A stretch of 24,000 nt of DNA from an uncultured Clostridia bacterium (GCA_944333055.1 CALVKT010000033.1:1268-25267); one strand, 5' to 3'; positions 1 to 10,335 are shown, counted from the first letter of the stretch. Translations and numbers: made by a program. The notes: generated from the sequence alone by a model not told the origin.

Positions 1-252
1 CGCCACGCCCTGCGCGTGATTGCCTGCCGAGGAAGCGATGACGCCGCAGGCGCGCTCCTCCGGCGTCAGGCTCGCGATCTTGATGTACGCGCCGCGCACC
101 TTGAAGGAGCCGGTATTTTGCAGGCCCTCCGTCTTGAGGTAGACCTGCGTGTTGTCGTCCGAAAGCGCCTTGAAGGGCACAAGCGCCGTGCGCTGCGCGA
201 CGCCCCGCAGGCGTTCGCGCGCTTCTAAGATCATGCCAAGGGTGACCGACAT
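1..252 (-). CDS. ilvA: Threonine/serine ammonia-lyase (threonine dehydratase), N-terminal 84 codons; the gene runs off the left edge
   Basis: Absent from the ORF track because it is truncated. The reverse complement of 1-252 reads MSVTLGMILEARERLRGVAQRTALVPFKALSDDNTQVYLKTEGLQNTGSFKVRGAYIKIASLTPEERACGVIASSAGNHAQGVA. GSFKVRGA (PLP lysine) and SAGNHAQG are hallmark motifs of PLP-dependent threonine dehydratases. A GGAGG lies 8 nt upstream of the ATG (252-250). Confidence 0.85.
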   Translation of the reverse strand, partial: MSVTLGMILEARERLRGVAQRTALVPFKALSDDNTQVYLKTEGLQNTGSFKVRGAYIKIASLTPEERACGVIASSAGNHAQGVA

Positions 253-340
253 GCGTGTTTCCTCCCGTGTGATGCCAAGCCGATTCCTGCCGGACGGCTG
301 CGATGGCTCGCAGGCGGCGGCCGGGGACTTGCTTTGGTTT

Positions 341-447
341 TTGATCATGGGCGCTTCGCGCCTCGGAGACGTTGGGCTGCCGCCCAAATCCGGGCCTTCA
401 TCCCTCAGACTCCCTTCCTCGCTTCGCGCCGGTTTGAAGCATGATGG
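341..447 (+). repeat. Copy C of an interspersed structured intergenic repeat (carries the central and 3' blocks, lacks the 5' arm)
   Basis: Shares gacgt[tg/ga]gggctgccgccc and tcagactcccttc[c/t]tcgcttcgcgcc(g)gttt[g/t]aag with the copy at 16461-16625. Shares gggc[c/t]ttcatcc with the copy at 15510-15626. Lies in the 208-bp spacer between the TrmH-like stop (461) and the ilvA start (252). Confidence 0.75.
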
Positions 448-460
448 CAGCCGCTGCGCG

Positions 461-1240
461 TCAGGCGTCGCGCGCCATCTCGTAGATCATGATGCCCGCG
501 GCAACCGCCGCGTTGAGCGACTCCGCGCCCCCGCGCATGGGCAGCGCCAGATGGTGCGTCGCCACCGCGCGCACCTCCGCCGACACGCCCTGCCCCTCGC
601 TGCCGATGACCAGCACCGCGTGTTCATGCGGGCAATGTGCATAAAAATCCGCGCCGCCCAGCTCCGTGGCGACGACCGCATAGCCGCGCGCCTTCATGGC
701 CTCCAGCTCCTGCGCAAGCTGCGCCGTGCGCCGCGCGGGCACGCGGAAGACGGAGCCCATCGTCGCGCGCAGCGTCTTGGGGCCGTAGAGGTCGGCGCAG
801 GCGTCCGAGAGCAGCGCGCCGTCAAAGCCCGCCGCGTCCGCCGTGCGCAGGATCGTGCCCACGTTGCCCGGATCCTGCACGCCATCCAGCGCCACGATCA
901 GCCGGCCGCAGAGCGCCTGCGGTTCGGGCGGAATCGCCACGGTGCAGGCGACACCCTGCGGGGTCTTCGCCTCGCTGACGGCCTGCATGACCGCGCCGGA
1001 GACGAGCAGCGCCTCGCAGCCGGATGTCTGCGCTTCCTCTACGAGCGCCGCGTATGCCTGCGCGCGGCCGCTCTCCACGATCAGCGTGCGGCACAAGCCG
1101 AGCGCCATCGCCTCGCGCACCATCTTGACGCCCTCGCAGAGAAACAGCCCCGCCTGACGGCGGTATTTGGCCCGCTGCAGCTCGCGCAGGCGCTGCGCCT
1201 GCGGATTGTGCACGCTCGTGATCTCCCGGATGTCCCTCAT
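461..1240 (-). CDS. TrmH/SpoU family RNA 2'-O-methyltransferase (RlmB-like)
   Basis: ORF 461..1270 (-). SpoU methylase motifs are present: LDGVQDPGNVGTILRTADAAG, VLVIGSEGQGVS, LALPMRGGAESLNAAVAAGIMIYE. I prefer the second ATG (MRDIREI, 1240) as start. A TAGAAT -10 box abuts the first ATG, and AAAGGGGA lies 7 nt before the second. Confidence 0.85.
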   Translation of the reverse strand: MRDIREITSVHNPQAQRLRELQRAKYRRQAGLFLCEGVKMVREAMALGLCRTLIVESGRAQAYAALVEEAQTSGCEALLVSGAVMQAVSEAKTPQGVACTVAIPPEPQALCGRLIVALDGVQDPGNVGTILRTADAAGFDGALLSDACADLYGPKTLRATMGSVFRVPARRTAQLAQELEAMKARGYAVVATELGGADFYAHCPHEHAVLVIGSEGQGVSAEVRAVATHHLALPMRGGAESLNAAVAAGIMIYEMARDA

Positions 1241-1270
1241 GCGCCGTCCCCTTTCCGCTTTTTCCCTCAT

Positions 1271-1299
1271 ATTCTATCGCAAACTGCGCACGCACGCAA
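1271..1299 (-). promoter_or_regulatory. Candidate sigma-A type promoter for the TrmH-like gene
   Basis: The minus strand reads TTGCGT (1299-1294), a 17-nt spacer, then TAGAAT (1276-1271). The -35 box matches consensus at only 3 of 6 positions. Confidence 0.4.
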
Positions 1300-1320
1300 G
1301 GAGAAAACGCGTCAGGCACG

Positions 1321-1350
1321 CGAAAAGGGCGAACCGCCGCCGGTTCGCCC
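1321..1350 (-). terminator. Rho-independent terminator after the amino-acid binding protein gene
   Basis: Perfect 10-bp stem gggcgaaccg (1327-1336) / cggttcgccc (1341-1350) with a 4-nt loop. On the minus strand it is followed by TTTTCG (1326-1321). It sits 22 nt past the stop at 1372. Confidence 0.8.
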
Positions 1351-1371
1351 TCGCATCATCGGGACTATCGA

Positions 1372-2139
1372 TCACTTCTCCAGCAGGACCTGATCGACCC
1401 ACTGCTGATAGAGACCCTGCTCGTTGATCTGATCGATCAGCTCCTGGATCTTCGCGGTGAGCGCATCCTCGCCCTTGACGCTGGCGATGTAGTTGCCGCC
1501 CTCGAAATCAAAGGCGAACGCCGCGATCTCCAGGTCGTCGTTCTCGGCCAGCACGCTGTCATACACGGTCTTCGGGACGGCCAGCGCGTCCACACGGCCG
1601 CTCTTGACCATGTTCACGCCGTCCGGGATCTTGGTGACCAGTTCGAGCGTCGCGTCCGGCAGCTGCTCTTCCACCATGATCTGCTGGTTGGTGCCGTTCT
1701 GCGCGGCGACGGTCTTGCCGGCAAACGCTTCCGGGCTGTTCAGCGCAGCGCCCTCGCCCTTGCGCACGAGCAGGCCCTGATCGCCCTCGTTCCAGTACAC
1801 GCCGGTGAGCTCCATCGCGTTGGTGCGCTCCTCGTCGTAGGTCAGGCCCGCGATCATCAGATCGACGTCGCCGCGGCCCACGGCCGCCAGACAGGTATCA
1901 AACGCCATGGACTGGATCTCCAGCTCGACGCCGAGCTGCTCGGCGATCCACTGCATCATCAGCACGTCGGTGCCCACGACGTTGCCGTCGTCGTCGATGT
2001 ACTCATACGGCGGCCAGTCCGGGCTGGTGGCCACCACGATCTTGCCGGCGGCCTGAATGTCCGCCAGACGGTCGGCCAGCGCCAGCGAGCAGGTCATCAT
2101 CATCGACAAAGCGAGCACAAGCGCAAAGAACTTCTTCAT
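1372..2139 (-). CDS. Polar amino-acid ABC transporter substrate-binding protein (SBP family 3)
   Basis: 255-aa ORF with an N-terminal signal peptide, MKKFFALVLALSMMMTCSLALA. The family-3 SBP pattern is present: GKIVVATSPDWPPYEY, DLMIAGLTYDEERT. AGGGGG precedes the ATG. The only Cys near the cleavage region sits in a non-canonical lipobox (MMTC). Confidence 0.85.
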   Translation of the reverse strand: MKKFFALVLALSMMMTCSLALADRLADIQAAGKIVVATSPDWPPYEYIDDDGNVVGTDVLMMQWIAEQLGVELEIQSMAFDTCLAAVGRGDVDLMIAGLTYDEERTNAMELTGVYWNEGDQGLLVRKGEGAALNSPEAFAGKTVAAQNGTNQQIMVEEQLPDATLELVTKIPDGVNMVKSGRVDALAVPKTVYDSVLAENDDLEIAAFAFDFEGGNYIASVKGEDALTAKIQELIDQINEQGLYQQWVDQVLLEK

Positions 2140-2170
2140 AAAAATGAACCCCCTATCCGAATTACCGCCG

Positions 2171-2190
2171 GCTATCCGGCGAAGGATAGC
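2171..2190. promoter_or_regulatory. Inverted repeat GCTATCC-N6-GGATAGC overlapping the predicted transcription start of the binding-protein gene (candidate operator or 5' leader hairpin)
   Basis: Perfect 7-bp arms, gctatcc (2171-2177) and ggatagc (2184-2190). They lie immediately downstream (minus sense) of the -10 box at 2194-2199. Confidence 0.3.
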
Positions 2191-2193
2191 GCT

Positions 2194-2222
2194 ATTGTAC
2201 CGCTGCCCGATGCATATGTCAA
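2194..2222 (-). promoter_or_regulatory. Near-consensus sigma-A promoter for the binding-protein gene
   Basis: The minus strand reads TTGACA (2222-2217), a 17-nt spacer, then TACAAT (2199-2194). It lies about 55 nt upstream of the ATG at 2139. Confidence 0.7.
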
Positions 2223-2305
2223 GTGAATATTGTGCATAAATTTTCGTGGATTTGAAAGCAAGGCGACTATTTTTATATTTTTATCGGTTTTTGCCCATTT
2301 ACTTG

Positions 2306-2334
2306 TTGTGCGCGGCCGCGGGTTGTGTTAGAAT
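2306..2334 (+). promoter_or_regulatory. Candidate extended -10 promoter for the aminotransferase operon
   Basis: TTGTGC (2306-2311), 17-nt spacer, TG-n-TAGAAT (TG at 2326-2327, -10 box at 2329-2334). AAGAGGTG RBS at 2373-2380, ATG at 2390. Confidence 0.5.
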
Positions 2335-2389
2335 ATGATCGTTGTTGCCTTTTGCACACAAGAGTTTTAACCAAGAGGTGTGAATATTT

Positions 2390-3571
2390 ATGCCAGAACT
2401 GAGCCGTCGCGTTCAGACGTTTACCGATTCCGTCATCCGGCGTATGACCCGCATCAGCGACGAGGTGGGCGCCATCAATCTCTCTCAGGGCTTTCCGGAC
2501 TTCCCGCCGCCCAAGGCGATCACCGACCGCCTGCGCGAAGTCGCGGACGAAGGCCCGCACCAGTACTCCGTCACGTTCGGCGCAGAGAATTTCCGCGAGG
2601 CGCTCGCCCGCAAGATGGGCCGCGCCTATGGCCGCGCGATCGACCCGGAGACCGAGGTGCTCGTCACCTGCGGCGGCACCGAAGCCATGATGAGCGCCAT
2701 GATGACCGTCTGCAACCCCGGCGACAAGGTCGTCGTCTTCTCCCCCTTCTATGAGAATTACGGCGCGGACGCCATCCTCTCCGGCGCGGACCCCATCTTC
2801 GTGCCGCTCGTGCCGCCCACGTTCGACTTTGACCGTGACGTGCTGGAGGACGCGTTCCGCCAGCACCCCAAGGCGATCATCGTCTGCAACCCCTCCAATC
2901 CCTGCGGCAAGGTCTTCACGAAGGATGAGCTGCTGTTCATCGGCGGCCTGTGCAAGCGCTATGACGCCTACATGATCACCGACGAGGTGTACGAGCACAT
3001 CGTCTTCGCGCCGTATCGGCACGTCTACGCCGGCTCGCTGCCGGAGATCGCCGACCGCGTGATCTGCTGCTCCTCCCTCTCCAAGACGTACTCCATCACC
3101 GGCTGGCGTCTGGGCTACCTCATCGGCCCGCAGGACGTGATCGAAGGCGCCAAGAAGGTGCACGACTTTTTGACCGTCGGCGCGGCCGCGCCGCTGCAGG
3201 AGGCCGCCGTCGTGGGCCTCAACTTCCCGCAGTCCTACTACGACGATCTGACCGCGCTCTACACGCGCAAGCGCCAGATCTTCCTCGATGGCCTCGACCG
3301 GATCGGCCTTGCGCACACGACGCCGCAGGGCAGCTACTTCGTGCTGGTGGACATCAGCGAGTTCCAGCAGCCGGGCATGCGCTTTTACGGCGAGAGCGAC
3401 ATGGCATTCTGCGAGTGGATGATCCGAAACGTCGGCGTCGCCGCCGTGCCGGGCTCCAGCTTCTTCCGCGAGCCGGTCAATCACCTGATCCGCCTGCACT
3501 TCGCGCGCAGCGAGGAGACCCTCGCCGAGGCGCTCGACCGCCTGTCCAAGATACCGGCGCTGCTGAAATAA
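2390..3571 (+). CDS. Class I/II PLP-dependent aminotransferase (YbdL/MtnE/kynurenine-aminotransferase-like)
   Basis: 393-aa ORF. Fold-type I aminotransferase motifs: INLSQGFPDFPPP, NPSNPCGKVF, and SLSKTYSITGWRLGY (SxSK with the PLP lysine). The C terminus reads IRLHFA. Substrate cannot be assigned from sequence. Confidence 0.85.
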   Translation: MPELSRRVQTFTDSVIRRMTRISDEVGAINLSQGFPDFPPPKAITDRLREVADEGPHQYSVTFGAENFREALARKMGRAYGRAIDPETEVLVTCGGTEAMMSAMMTVCNPGDKVVVFSPFYENYGADAILSGADPIFVPLVPPTFDFDRDVLEDAFRQHPKAIIVCNPSNPCGKVFTKDELLFIGGLCKRYDAYMITDEVYEHIVFAPYRHVYAGSLPEIADRVICCSSLSKTYSITGWRLGYLIGPQDVIEGAKKVHDFLTVGAAAPLQEAAVVGLNFPQSYYDDLTALYTRKRQIFLDGLDRIGLAHTTPQGSYFVLVDISEFQQPGMRFYGESDMAFCEWMIRNVGVAAVPGSSFFREPVNHLIRLHFARSEETLAEALDRLSKIPALLK

Positions 3572-3585
3572 GGAGCTACACCATC

Positions 3586-4674
3586 ATGTATATGACCGAT
3601 CTCGTCACCCTGCCGCGCTTCTGCTTCGGCTGCGGCGTCTACACCCGCTTCCCCGCGCTGTGCCGGGAGCTGGGCCGCACGTTCGTCGTGGTCGGCGGCG
3701 TCACGGGCATGGAAAAGGGCCTGCCCTCCCTGCGCGCGGCGATCGAAGGGACGGACATGACGCTGCTTGACGCGCTGCCCTTCGGCGGCGCGTGCACGCA
3801 GGCCGCCATGGACCATCTGACCGAGGCCATCCGCCCGCTCGCGCCCGACTTTCTGGTGGGCATGGGCGGCGGCAAGGCGATTGACACCGCCAAGGGCGTG
3901 GCTGCGCAGCTGGGCCTGCCGCTGGTGAGCCTGCCGACGCTGGTCTCCAACTGTGCGCCGATCACGGCGCTGTCCGTCGTCTACCGCGAGGACGGCCCGT
4001 TCGACCGCTTCCTCTTCTTCGACGCGCCGCCCGCGCTCGCGCTGATCGACCTGACGATCGCAGCCAACGCTCCGGCGAAGTACCTGCGCGCGGGCATGGG
4101 CGACACGCTTTCCAAGCATCTGGAGTGCACGTTCTCCGCGCGCGGCGATGTGCTCGGCCAGCACATGGACCACATGTCCGCCATCGCCGTGGCGCTCTCC
4201 TCCACCTGCTACGACCCGATCCTGCAATACGGCCGTCAGGCGCTGGGCGAAGCGCTGCGCGACGAGGCGGGCCTGGCACTGGAGATCTGCGCGCGCAGCA
4301 TCATCATCTCCGCGGGCCTCGTTTCGCTGCTGGCCAACGACGACTACAACTGCGCGCTGGCGCATGCCGTGTGTTACGGATTGCAGCGCTTTGCGCACGT
4401 GGAAGCAAACTGCCTGCACGGCGACCTCGTCGCCTACGGCGCGCTGGTGCAGCTCGTGCTCGACGGGCAGATCCAGGAGGCGCGCACGCTGCGCGACTTC
4501 CTGCAGACGATCGGCACGCCGGTCACGCTCTCGGAGATGAACGTGCCGCTCTCCCGCGAGGCGCTTGACGGCACGCTCATCGAGGCCACGACCGGCCCCG
4601 ACATGGCGCACATCCCCTATCCGATCTCTCCGGACATGGTCTACGAGGCCATGTGCCGCGTGGAAACCCTGTAA
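3586..4674 (+). CDS. Glycerol dehydrogenase-like (GldA family) iron/zinc-containing dehydrogenase
   Basis: In frame with ORF 3415..4674, but AAGGAG (3570-3575) followed by the ATG at 3586 gives the sensible start, MYMTDLV. GldA-family motifs: GMGGGKAIDTAK, SNCAPITALSVVY, GMGDTLSK, ALAHAVCYG, LHGDLVAYG. The three positions matching the GldA metal ligands D/H/H appear conserved. Confidence 0.8.
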   Translation: MYMTDLVTLPRFCFGCGVYTRFPALCRELGRTFVVVGGVTGMEKGLPSLRAAIEGTDMTLLDALPFGGACTQAAMDHLTEAIRPLAPDFLVGMGGGKAIDTAKGVAAQLGLPLVSLPTLVSNCAPITALSVVYREDGPFDRFLFFDAPPALALIDLTIAANAPAKYLRAGMGDTLSKHLECTFSARGDVLGQHMDHMSAIAVALSSTCYDPILQYGRQALGEALRDEAGLALEICARSIIISAGLVSLLANDDYNCALAHAVCYGLQRFAHVEANCLHGDLVAYGALVQLVLDGQIQEARTLRDFLQTIGTPVTLSEMNVPLSREALDGTLIEATTGPDMAHIPYPISPDMVYEAMCRVETL

Positions 4675-4699
4675 CCCGACCCCGAAAGGAGGCATTTTC

Positions 4700-5365
4700 T
4701 TGCTCGCCAACATCGAAAGGCTGCTCGTCAAATACGGCATGAACTTTCTTGACGGTCTGGGCACAACGCTGCTGCTCGCGCTCGTCTCCGTGGCCGTCGG
4801 CTGTCTGATCGGCGCGGTGGTCGCCATCATGCGCCTGTCCAGGTCAAAGGCGCTCAACGGCGTGGCCGCCGTGTACACGGAGGTCATCCGCGATACGCCG
4901 CTGCTGCTCCAGCTCTATTTCTTCTATTTTCTGCTGCCGGATCTGCTGCCGGCGCTCAAGCTCTCCAAGTTCACCTGCATCGCCGTCGCGCTGATCTTCA
5001 ACTCCGGCGCGTACATGTCGGAGATCTTCCGCTCCGGCATCCAGTCCATCGACCGCGGCCAGACGGAGGCGGCCCGCTCGCTGGGCCTCTCCTCCAGCCA
5101 GACGATGCTGCGCATCGTGCTCCCGCAGGCGTTTAAAAACGTGCTGCCCGCCATGTGCAACGAGTTCGTGGCCATCACCAAGGAGACGTCCCTGGCCTCC
5201 ACGTTCTACGTCGGCGACCTGATGACACAGTATCAGACGATCTCCGGCAAGACGTATCTGGTCATCGAGCCGTTGATCATCATCGGCGTGATCTACTTCG
5301 TGGTGACCTTTGCCATGAGCAAGCTGGTCGCCGTGCTGGAAAAGAAGCTCAAGGAGGGAGACTGA
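4700..5365 (+). CDS. Polar amino-acid ABC transporter permease (His/Glu/Gln/Arg/opine 3-TM family)
   Basis: In frame with ORF 4565..5365. AAGGAGG (4686-4692) lies 7 nt before the TTG at 4700. Motifs: [16 protein letters not shown] and the EAA loop [24 protein letters not shown]. Confidence 0.85.
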   Translation: MLANIERLLVKYGMNFLDGLGTTLLLALVSVAVGCLIGAVVAIMRLSRSKALNGVAAVYTEVIRDTPLLLQLYFFYFLLPDLLPALKLSKFTCIAVALIFNSGAYMSEIFRSGIQSIDRGQTEAARSLGLSSSQTMLRIVLPQAFKNVLPAMCNEFVAITKETSLASTFYVGDLMTQYQTISGKTYLVIEPLIIIGVIYFVVTFAMSKLVAVLEKKLKEGD

Positions 5366-5367
5366 CC

Positions 5368-6126
5368 GTGACCAACGGGTTTGATTACAAGAATGCGCCG
5401 GCGCTCATCCGCGTGGAAGACCTGCACAAGGACTTCGGCAGCCTCAAGGTGCTCGCCGGCATCACCGAAACCATCCACAAGGGCGAAGTCGTCTCGCTGA
5501 TCGGCCCGTCCGGCTCCGGCAAATCGACCTTCCTGCGCTGCCTCAACCGGCTGGAGGAGCCGACCAGCGGCCACATCTGGTTTGACGGCGTGGACATCGC
5601 CGACAAGAAGCTGAACATCGACAAACACCGCCAGAAGATGGGTATGGTCTTCCAGCACTTCAACATCTTCCCGCACATGTCGGTGCTCGACAACATCACG
5701 CTCGCGCCCGTGCTGCTGGGCAAGAAGAGCCGCGACGCGGCCGTCGCCCAGGCGGAAGCGCTGCTCAATCGCGTCGGCCTGCTCGACAAGCGCGACAGCA
5801 AGCCCTCCCGCCTCTCCGGCGGCCAGAAGCAGCGCCTGGCGATCGTGCGCGCGCTGGCCATGGAGCCGGAGGTCATGCTCTTTGACGAACCCACCTCCGC
5901 GCTCGATCCGGAGATGGTCGGCGAGGTGCTCGACGTCATCAAAGGCCTGGCACAGAACAACATGACCTGCGTCATCGTCACCCACGAGATGGGCTTCGCG
6001 CGCGAGGTCTGCAACCGCGTGCTGTTCATGGACGAGGGCGTCATCTGCGAGCAGGGCCACCCGCGCGACCTGTTCGACCATCCGCAGAACCCCCGCACCC
6101 GCGACTTCCTGAGCAAGGTGCTCTGA
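5368..6126 (+). CDS. Polar amino-acid ABC transporter ATP-binding protein (GlnQ/ArtP-like)
   Basis: In frame with ORF 5155..6126. The GTG at 5368 follows AAGGAGGG (5351-5358) and sits 2 nt after the permease stop. Walker [10 protein letters not shown], signature [16 protein letters not shown], Walker [12 protein letters not shown]. Confidence 0.9.
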   Translation: MTNGFDYKNAPALIRVEDLHKDFGSLKVLAGITETIHKGEVVSLIGPSGSGKSTFLRCLNRLEEPTSGHIWFDGVDIADKKLNIDKHRQKMGMVFQHFNIFPHMSVLDNITLAPVLLGKKSRDAAVAQAEALLNRVGLLDKRDSKPSRLSGGQKQRLAIVRALAMEPEVMLFDEPTSALDPEMVGEVLDVIKGLAQNNMTCVIVTHEMGFAREVCNRVLFMDEGVICEQGHPRDLFDHPQNPRTRDFLSKVL

Positions 6127-7046
6127 TGCGCCTGCTTCACGTCGTCGCGCCGGAGGAGGCCGGGCTCACGCTGCAACAGCTGCTGCGCGGGCCGATGGGC
6201 CTCTCCGGCAGGCAATGCCGCATCGCCAAAGCACAGGGCGCCGTCACCGTGAACGCGGCGCCCTTTTTTTCCAATCAGCCGCTTGCACCCGGCATGCGCG
6301 TGTGCGTCGAACTGCCCGATTACGATGCGCAGCGGATGCAGGGCGCGCAGCCGGACGCGCCGCTTGAAGTCGTCTTCGAGGACGACGCGCTGCTCGCCGT
6401 CTTCAAGCCCGCGCTGCTGCAATGCCATCCCTCGCCCTCCGCGCCGCGCGGCAGCGACACGCTGGAAGGGCGCGTGCAGGCATACCTCGGCCGGCCTGCG
6501 CACCCCGTGCACCGGCTGGACAGCGAGACGACGGGCCTCGTGCTCCTGAGCAAGCTGCCCTATGCGCAGGCGCACTTGCAGCGGCAGATGCAGGCAGGCG
6601 CGTTTGCCAAGATCTACGAGGCGTGGGTGTGGGGCGCGCCGTCGCCCGCCTCCGGCGTCGTGGACGCGCCCATCGCCCGCGAGCACCCGGACAGCTTCAC
6701 GCGCGTCGTCTCGCCGGACGGGCAGCGCGCCGTCAGCCGCTACAAGACGCTGTCCACCCTGACGCGCGCGGACGGGCAGACCGCCTCGCACATGCGCCTT
6801 TCGCCCGTCACCGGGCGCACGCACCAGCTTCGCGTGCACATGGCGCACATCGGCTGCCCGTTGCTGGGCGACGCGCGATACGCCGCGCCCGACGCCCGCG
6901 CGCGCAGCGAGGCGCTGGGGCTTTGTGATCACCAGCTCAGTGCCGTCTCGCTCTCCTTTGTCCATCCGCTCACGGGCGAGGCCGTGACACTCACCCATCC
7001 CGCCGTGTTCGCCTTTGATCCCGCCGCGCACGGCTTTTCCCCCTGA
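6126..7046 (+). CDS. RluA-family (RluD-like) pseudouridine synthase
   Basis: 306-aa ORF. Its ATG overlaps the ATPase TGA by 1 nt (ctcTGATGcgc). Motifs: HRLDSETTGLVLLSK (catalytic Asp) and GRTHQLRVHMAHIGCPLLGD. The N terminus is S4-like. Confidence 0.85.
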   Translation: MRLLHVVAPEEAGLTLQQLLRGPMGLSGRQCRIAKAQGAVTVNAAPFFSNQPLAPGMRVCVELPDYDAQRMQGAQPDAPLEVVFEDDALLAVFKPALLQCHPSPSAPRGSDTLEGRVQAYLGRPAHPVHRLDSETTGLVLLSKLPYAQAHLQRQMQAGAFAKIYEAWVWGAPSPASGVVDAPIAREHPDSFTRVVSPDGQRAVSRYKTLSTLTRADGQTASHMRLSPVTGRTHQLRVHMAHIGCPLLGDARYAAPDARARSEALGLCDHQLSAVSLSFVHPLTGEAVTLTHPAVFAFDPAAHGFSP

Positions 7047-7066
7047 CAATCGCTGCCAATTCGCCC

Positions 7067-7097
7067 CGGCGCATGCATCAGCACGCGCCGTTTTTTC
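7067..7097 (+). terminator. Rho-independent terminator ending the aminotransferase-to-rluA operon
   Basis: Stem cggcgc (7067-7072) / gcgccg (7085-7090), followed by TTTTTTC (7091-7097). It starts 21 nt after the stop at 7046. Confidence 0.65.
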
Positions 7098-7255
7098 ATG
7101 TATTTCAAGGTTTTTCCGGCTTCCTCCTCCCGCCTTTCCAGAAGATGGAAACGGTTATATGGCAATAATCGTTTTCTCTGGCTCGTCATATGTGCAGAAG
7201 ACGCTCAAGAGCGGCCGCTTGGGACGCCTTCGCAATGACTAAGGAGGAATTTCTC

Positions 7256-8152
7256 ATGCAGAATACCAACAAGAAGGCGGCGCTCGCCGCCGTGATGTGC
7301 ATGGCGATGGCGGTTCCGTTTGGGGCAAGCGCCGAGAACGAGATCCGCGTGATCACCGCCGGCACGCTGAATCTGCGCGCCGACGCGAGCACGGAGTCCG
7401 AGATTCTGGGCAAGTACGGCTGGGGCACCGAGGTGGAAGTGTTGGGCTTTAACGGCAACTGGGCCTACGTCAACGTGGGCGGCCAGAGCGGCTACATGTA
7501 CACGCAGTACCTGGGCAGCCACGACGTCCTGCGCCACACCCGCTACGTGAACACCAACACCCGCGGCCTGAACCTGCGCAGCAAGCCGAACGGCGACATC
7601 CTCGGCTCCTATCCGCGCGGCACCGCCGTCACCGTGCTCTCCACGGCGGACGGCTGGAGCAAGGTCGAGGTGGACGGCAAGACCGGCTACATGTCCAGCC
7701 TCTGGCTCTCCAGCCACAAGCCGTCCGATTCCGTCGGTTCGGGCATCGGCACCGCCGTGGTCAACAACCCGGTCAGCACGCAGGTGCTCTTCCTGCGCAG
7801 CAAGCCGAGCACCAGCAGCGAGGCGCTGGGCTACTACCGCAACGGCAAGTCCGTCACGCTGCTCCAGAAGCTGGACGGCTGGTACAAGGTGCAGGTGGAC
7901 GGCAAGACCGGCTACATGATGGCCAAGTACCTGAAGGTCAGCGACGAGGTTGCCTCCGGCACCGCCGTCGTCTACAACCCGAACGGCAACAGCTACGTGA
8001 ACTTCCGCAGCGGCGCCAGCCTGAACGCCTCCGTCCTCTCGCGCGTGCCGGTGGGCACGAAGATCGACGTGCTTGACAAGGGCACCGACTGGACAAAGAC
8101 GACGATCGACGGCGTGACGGGCTACATCTCCACCTGGTTCCTCAAGTTCTGA
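7256..8152 (+). CDS. Secreted protein with four tandem bacterial SH3 (SH3b/SH3_3) domains and no recognisable catalytic domain
   Basis: In frame with ORF 7190..8152. AAGGAGG (7241-7247) precedes the ATG at 7256. Signal peptide MQNTNKKAALAAVMCMAMAVPFGASA. There are four repeats of about 65-75 aa, each with the pattern LNLR/FLRS..(S/P)....LG.Y..G..V.VL....GW.KV.VDGKTGYM...YL. Confidence 0.8.
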   Translation: MQNTNKKAALAAVMCMAMAVPFGASAENEIRVITAGTLNLRADASTESEILGKYGWGTEVEVLGFNGNWAYVNVGGQSGYMYTQYLGSHDVLRHTRYVNTNTRGLNLRSKPNGDILGSYPRGTAVTVLSTADGWSKVEVDGKTGYMSSLWLSSHKPSDSVGSGIGTAVVNNPVSTQVLFLRSKPSTSSEALGYYRNGKSVTLLQKLDGWYKVQVDGKTGYMMAKYLKVSDEVASGTAVVYNPNGNSYVNFRSGASLNASVLSRVPVGTKIDVLDKGTDWTKTTIDGVTGYISTWFLKF

Positions 8153-8191
8153 TTTTCGTTTCGATTGTCCCATCCCTCCCCTGACCTCTCT

Positions 8192-8232
8192 GGCGAAGCC
8201 GGTATGTGCCGGCTTCGCCCTTTGCATATTTC
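8192..8232 (+). terminator. Terminator hairpin after the SH3b gene
   Basis: 11-bp perfect stem ggcgaagccgg (8192-8202) / ccggcttcgcc (8209-8219) with loop tatgtg. The following T-tract, ctttgcatattt, is interrupted. Confidence 0.6.
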
Positions 8233-8244
8233 GCGCGCGCATGA

Positions 8245-10322
<2,078 letters not shown>

Positions 10323-10335
10323 TGCGCGTGCAAAG

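Noticed and set aside
253-460. Possible T-box leader, attenuator or riboswitch upstream of ilvA. I made similar checks upstream of the liv operon (19522-19552), the binding-protein gene and the K+ channel gene (c-di-AMP/ydaO type).
   Set aside because: None of the conserved cores I know is present (T-box AGGGTGGNACCGCG, or ydaO-type ACGGGG/CCCA pseudo-symmetry). The leaders are either too short (25-55 nt) or are occupied by the interspersed repeat.
3415-3585. N-terminal extensions offered by the longest-ORF track. The track starts are 3415, 4565, 5155, 7190, 8248, 11360, 15475 on the plus strand, and 1270, 11238, 15545, 19339 on the minus strand.
   Set aside because: Each extension overlaps the upstream gene, a promoter or a repeat. 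Each has an Arg/Pro-rich junk translation, and an internal start is preceded by a proper GGAGG-type RBS at 5-9 nt. Starts were moved accordingly.
7047-7255. 209-bp spacer before the SH3b gene, with a pyrimidine-rich tract (ccggcttcctcctcccgcctttcc), examined for a promoter or small RNA.
   Set aside because: Apart from the operon terminator at 7067-7097, I could not find a convincing -35/-10 pair or a stable conserved-looking structure, so no feature is claimed.
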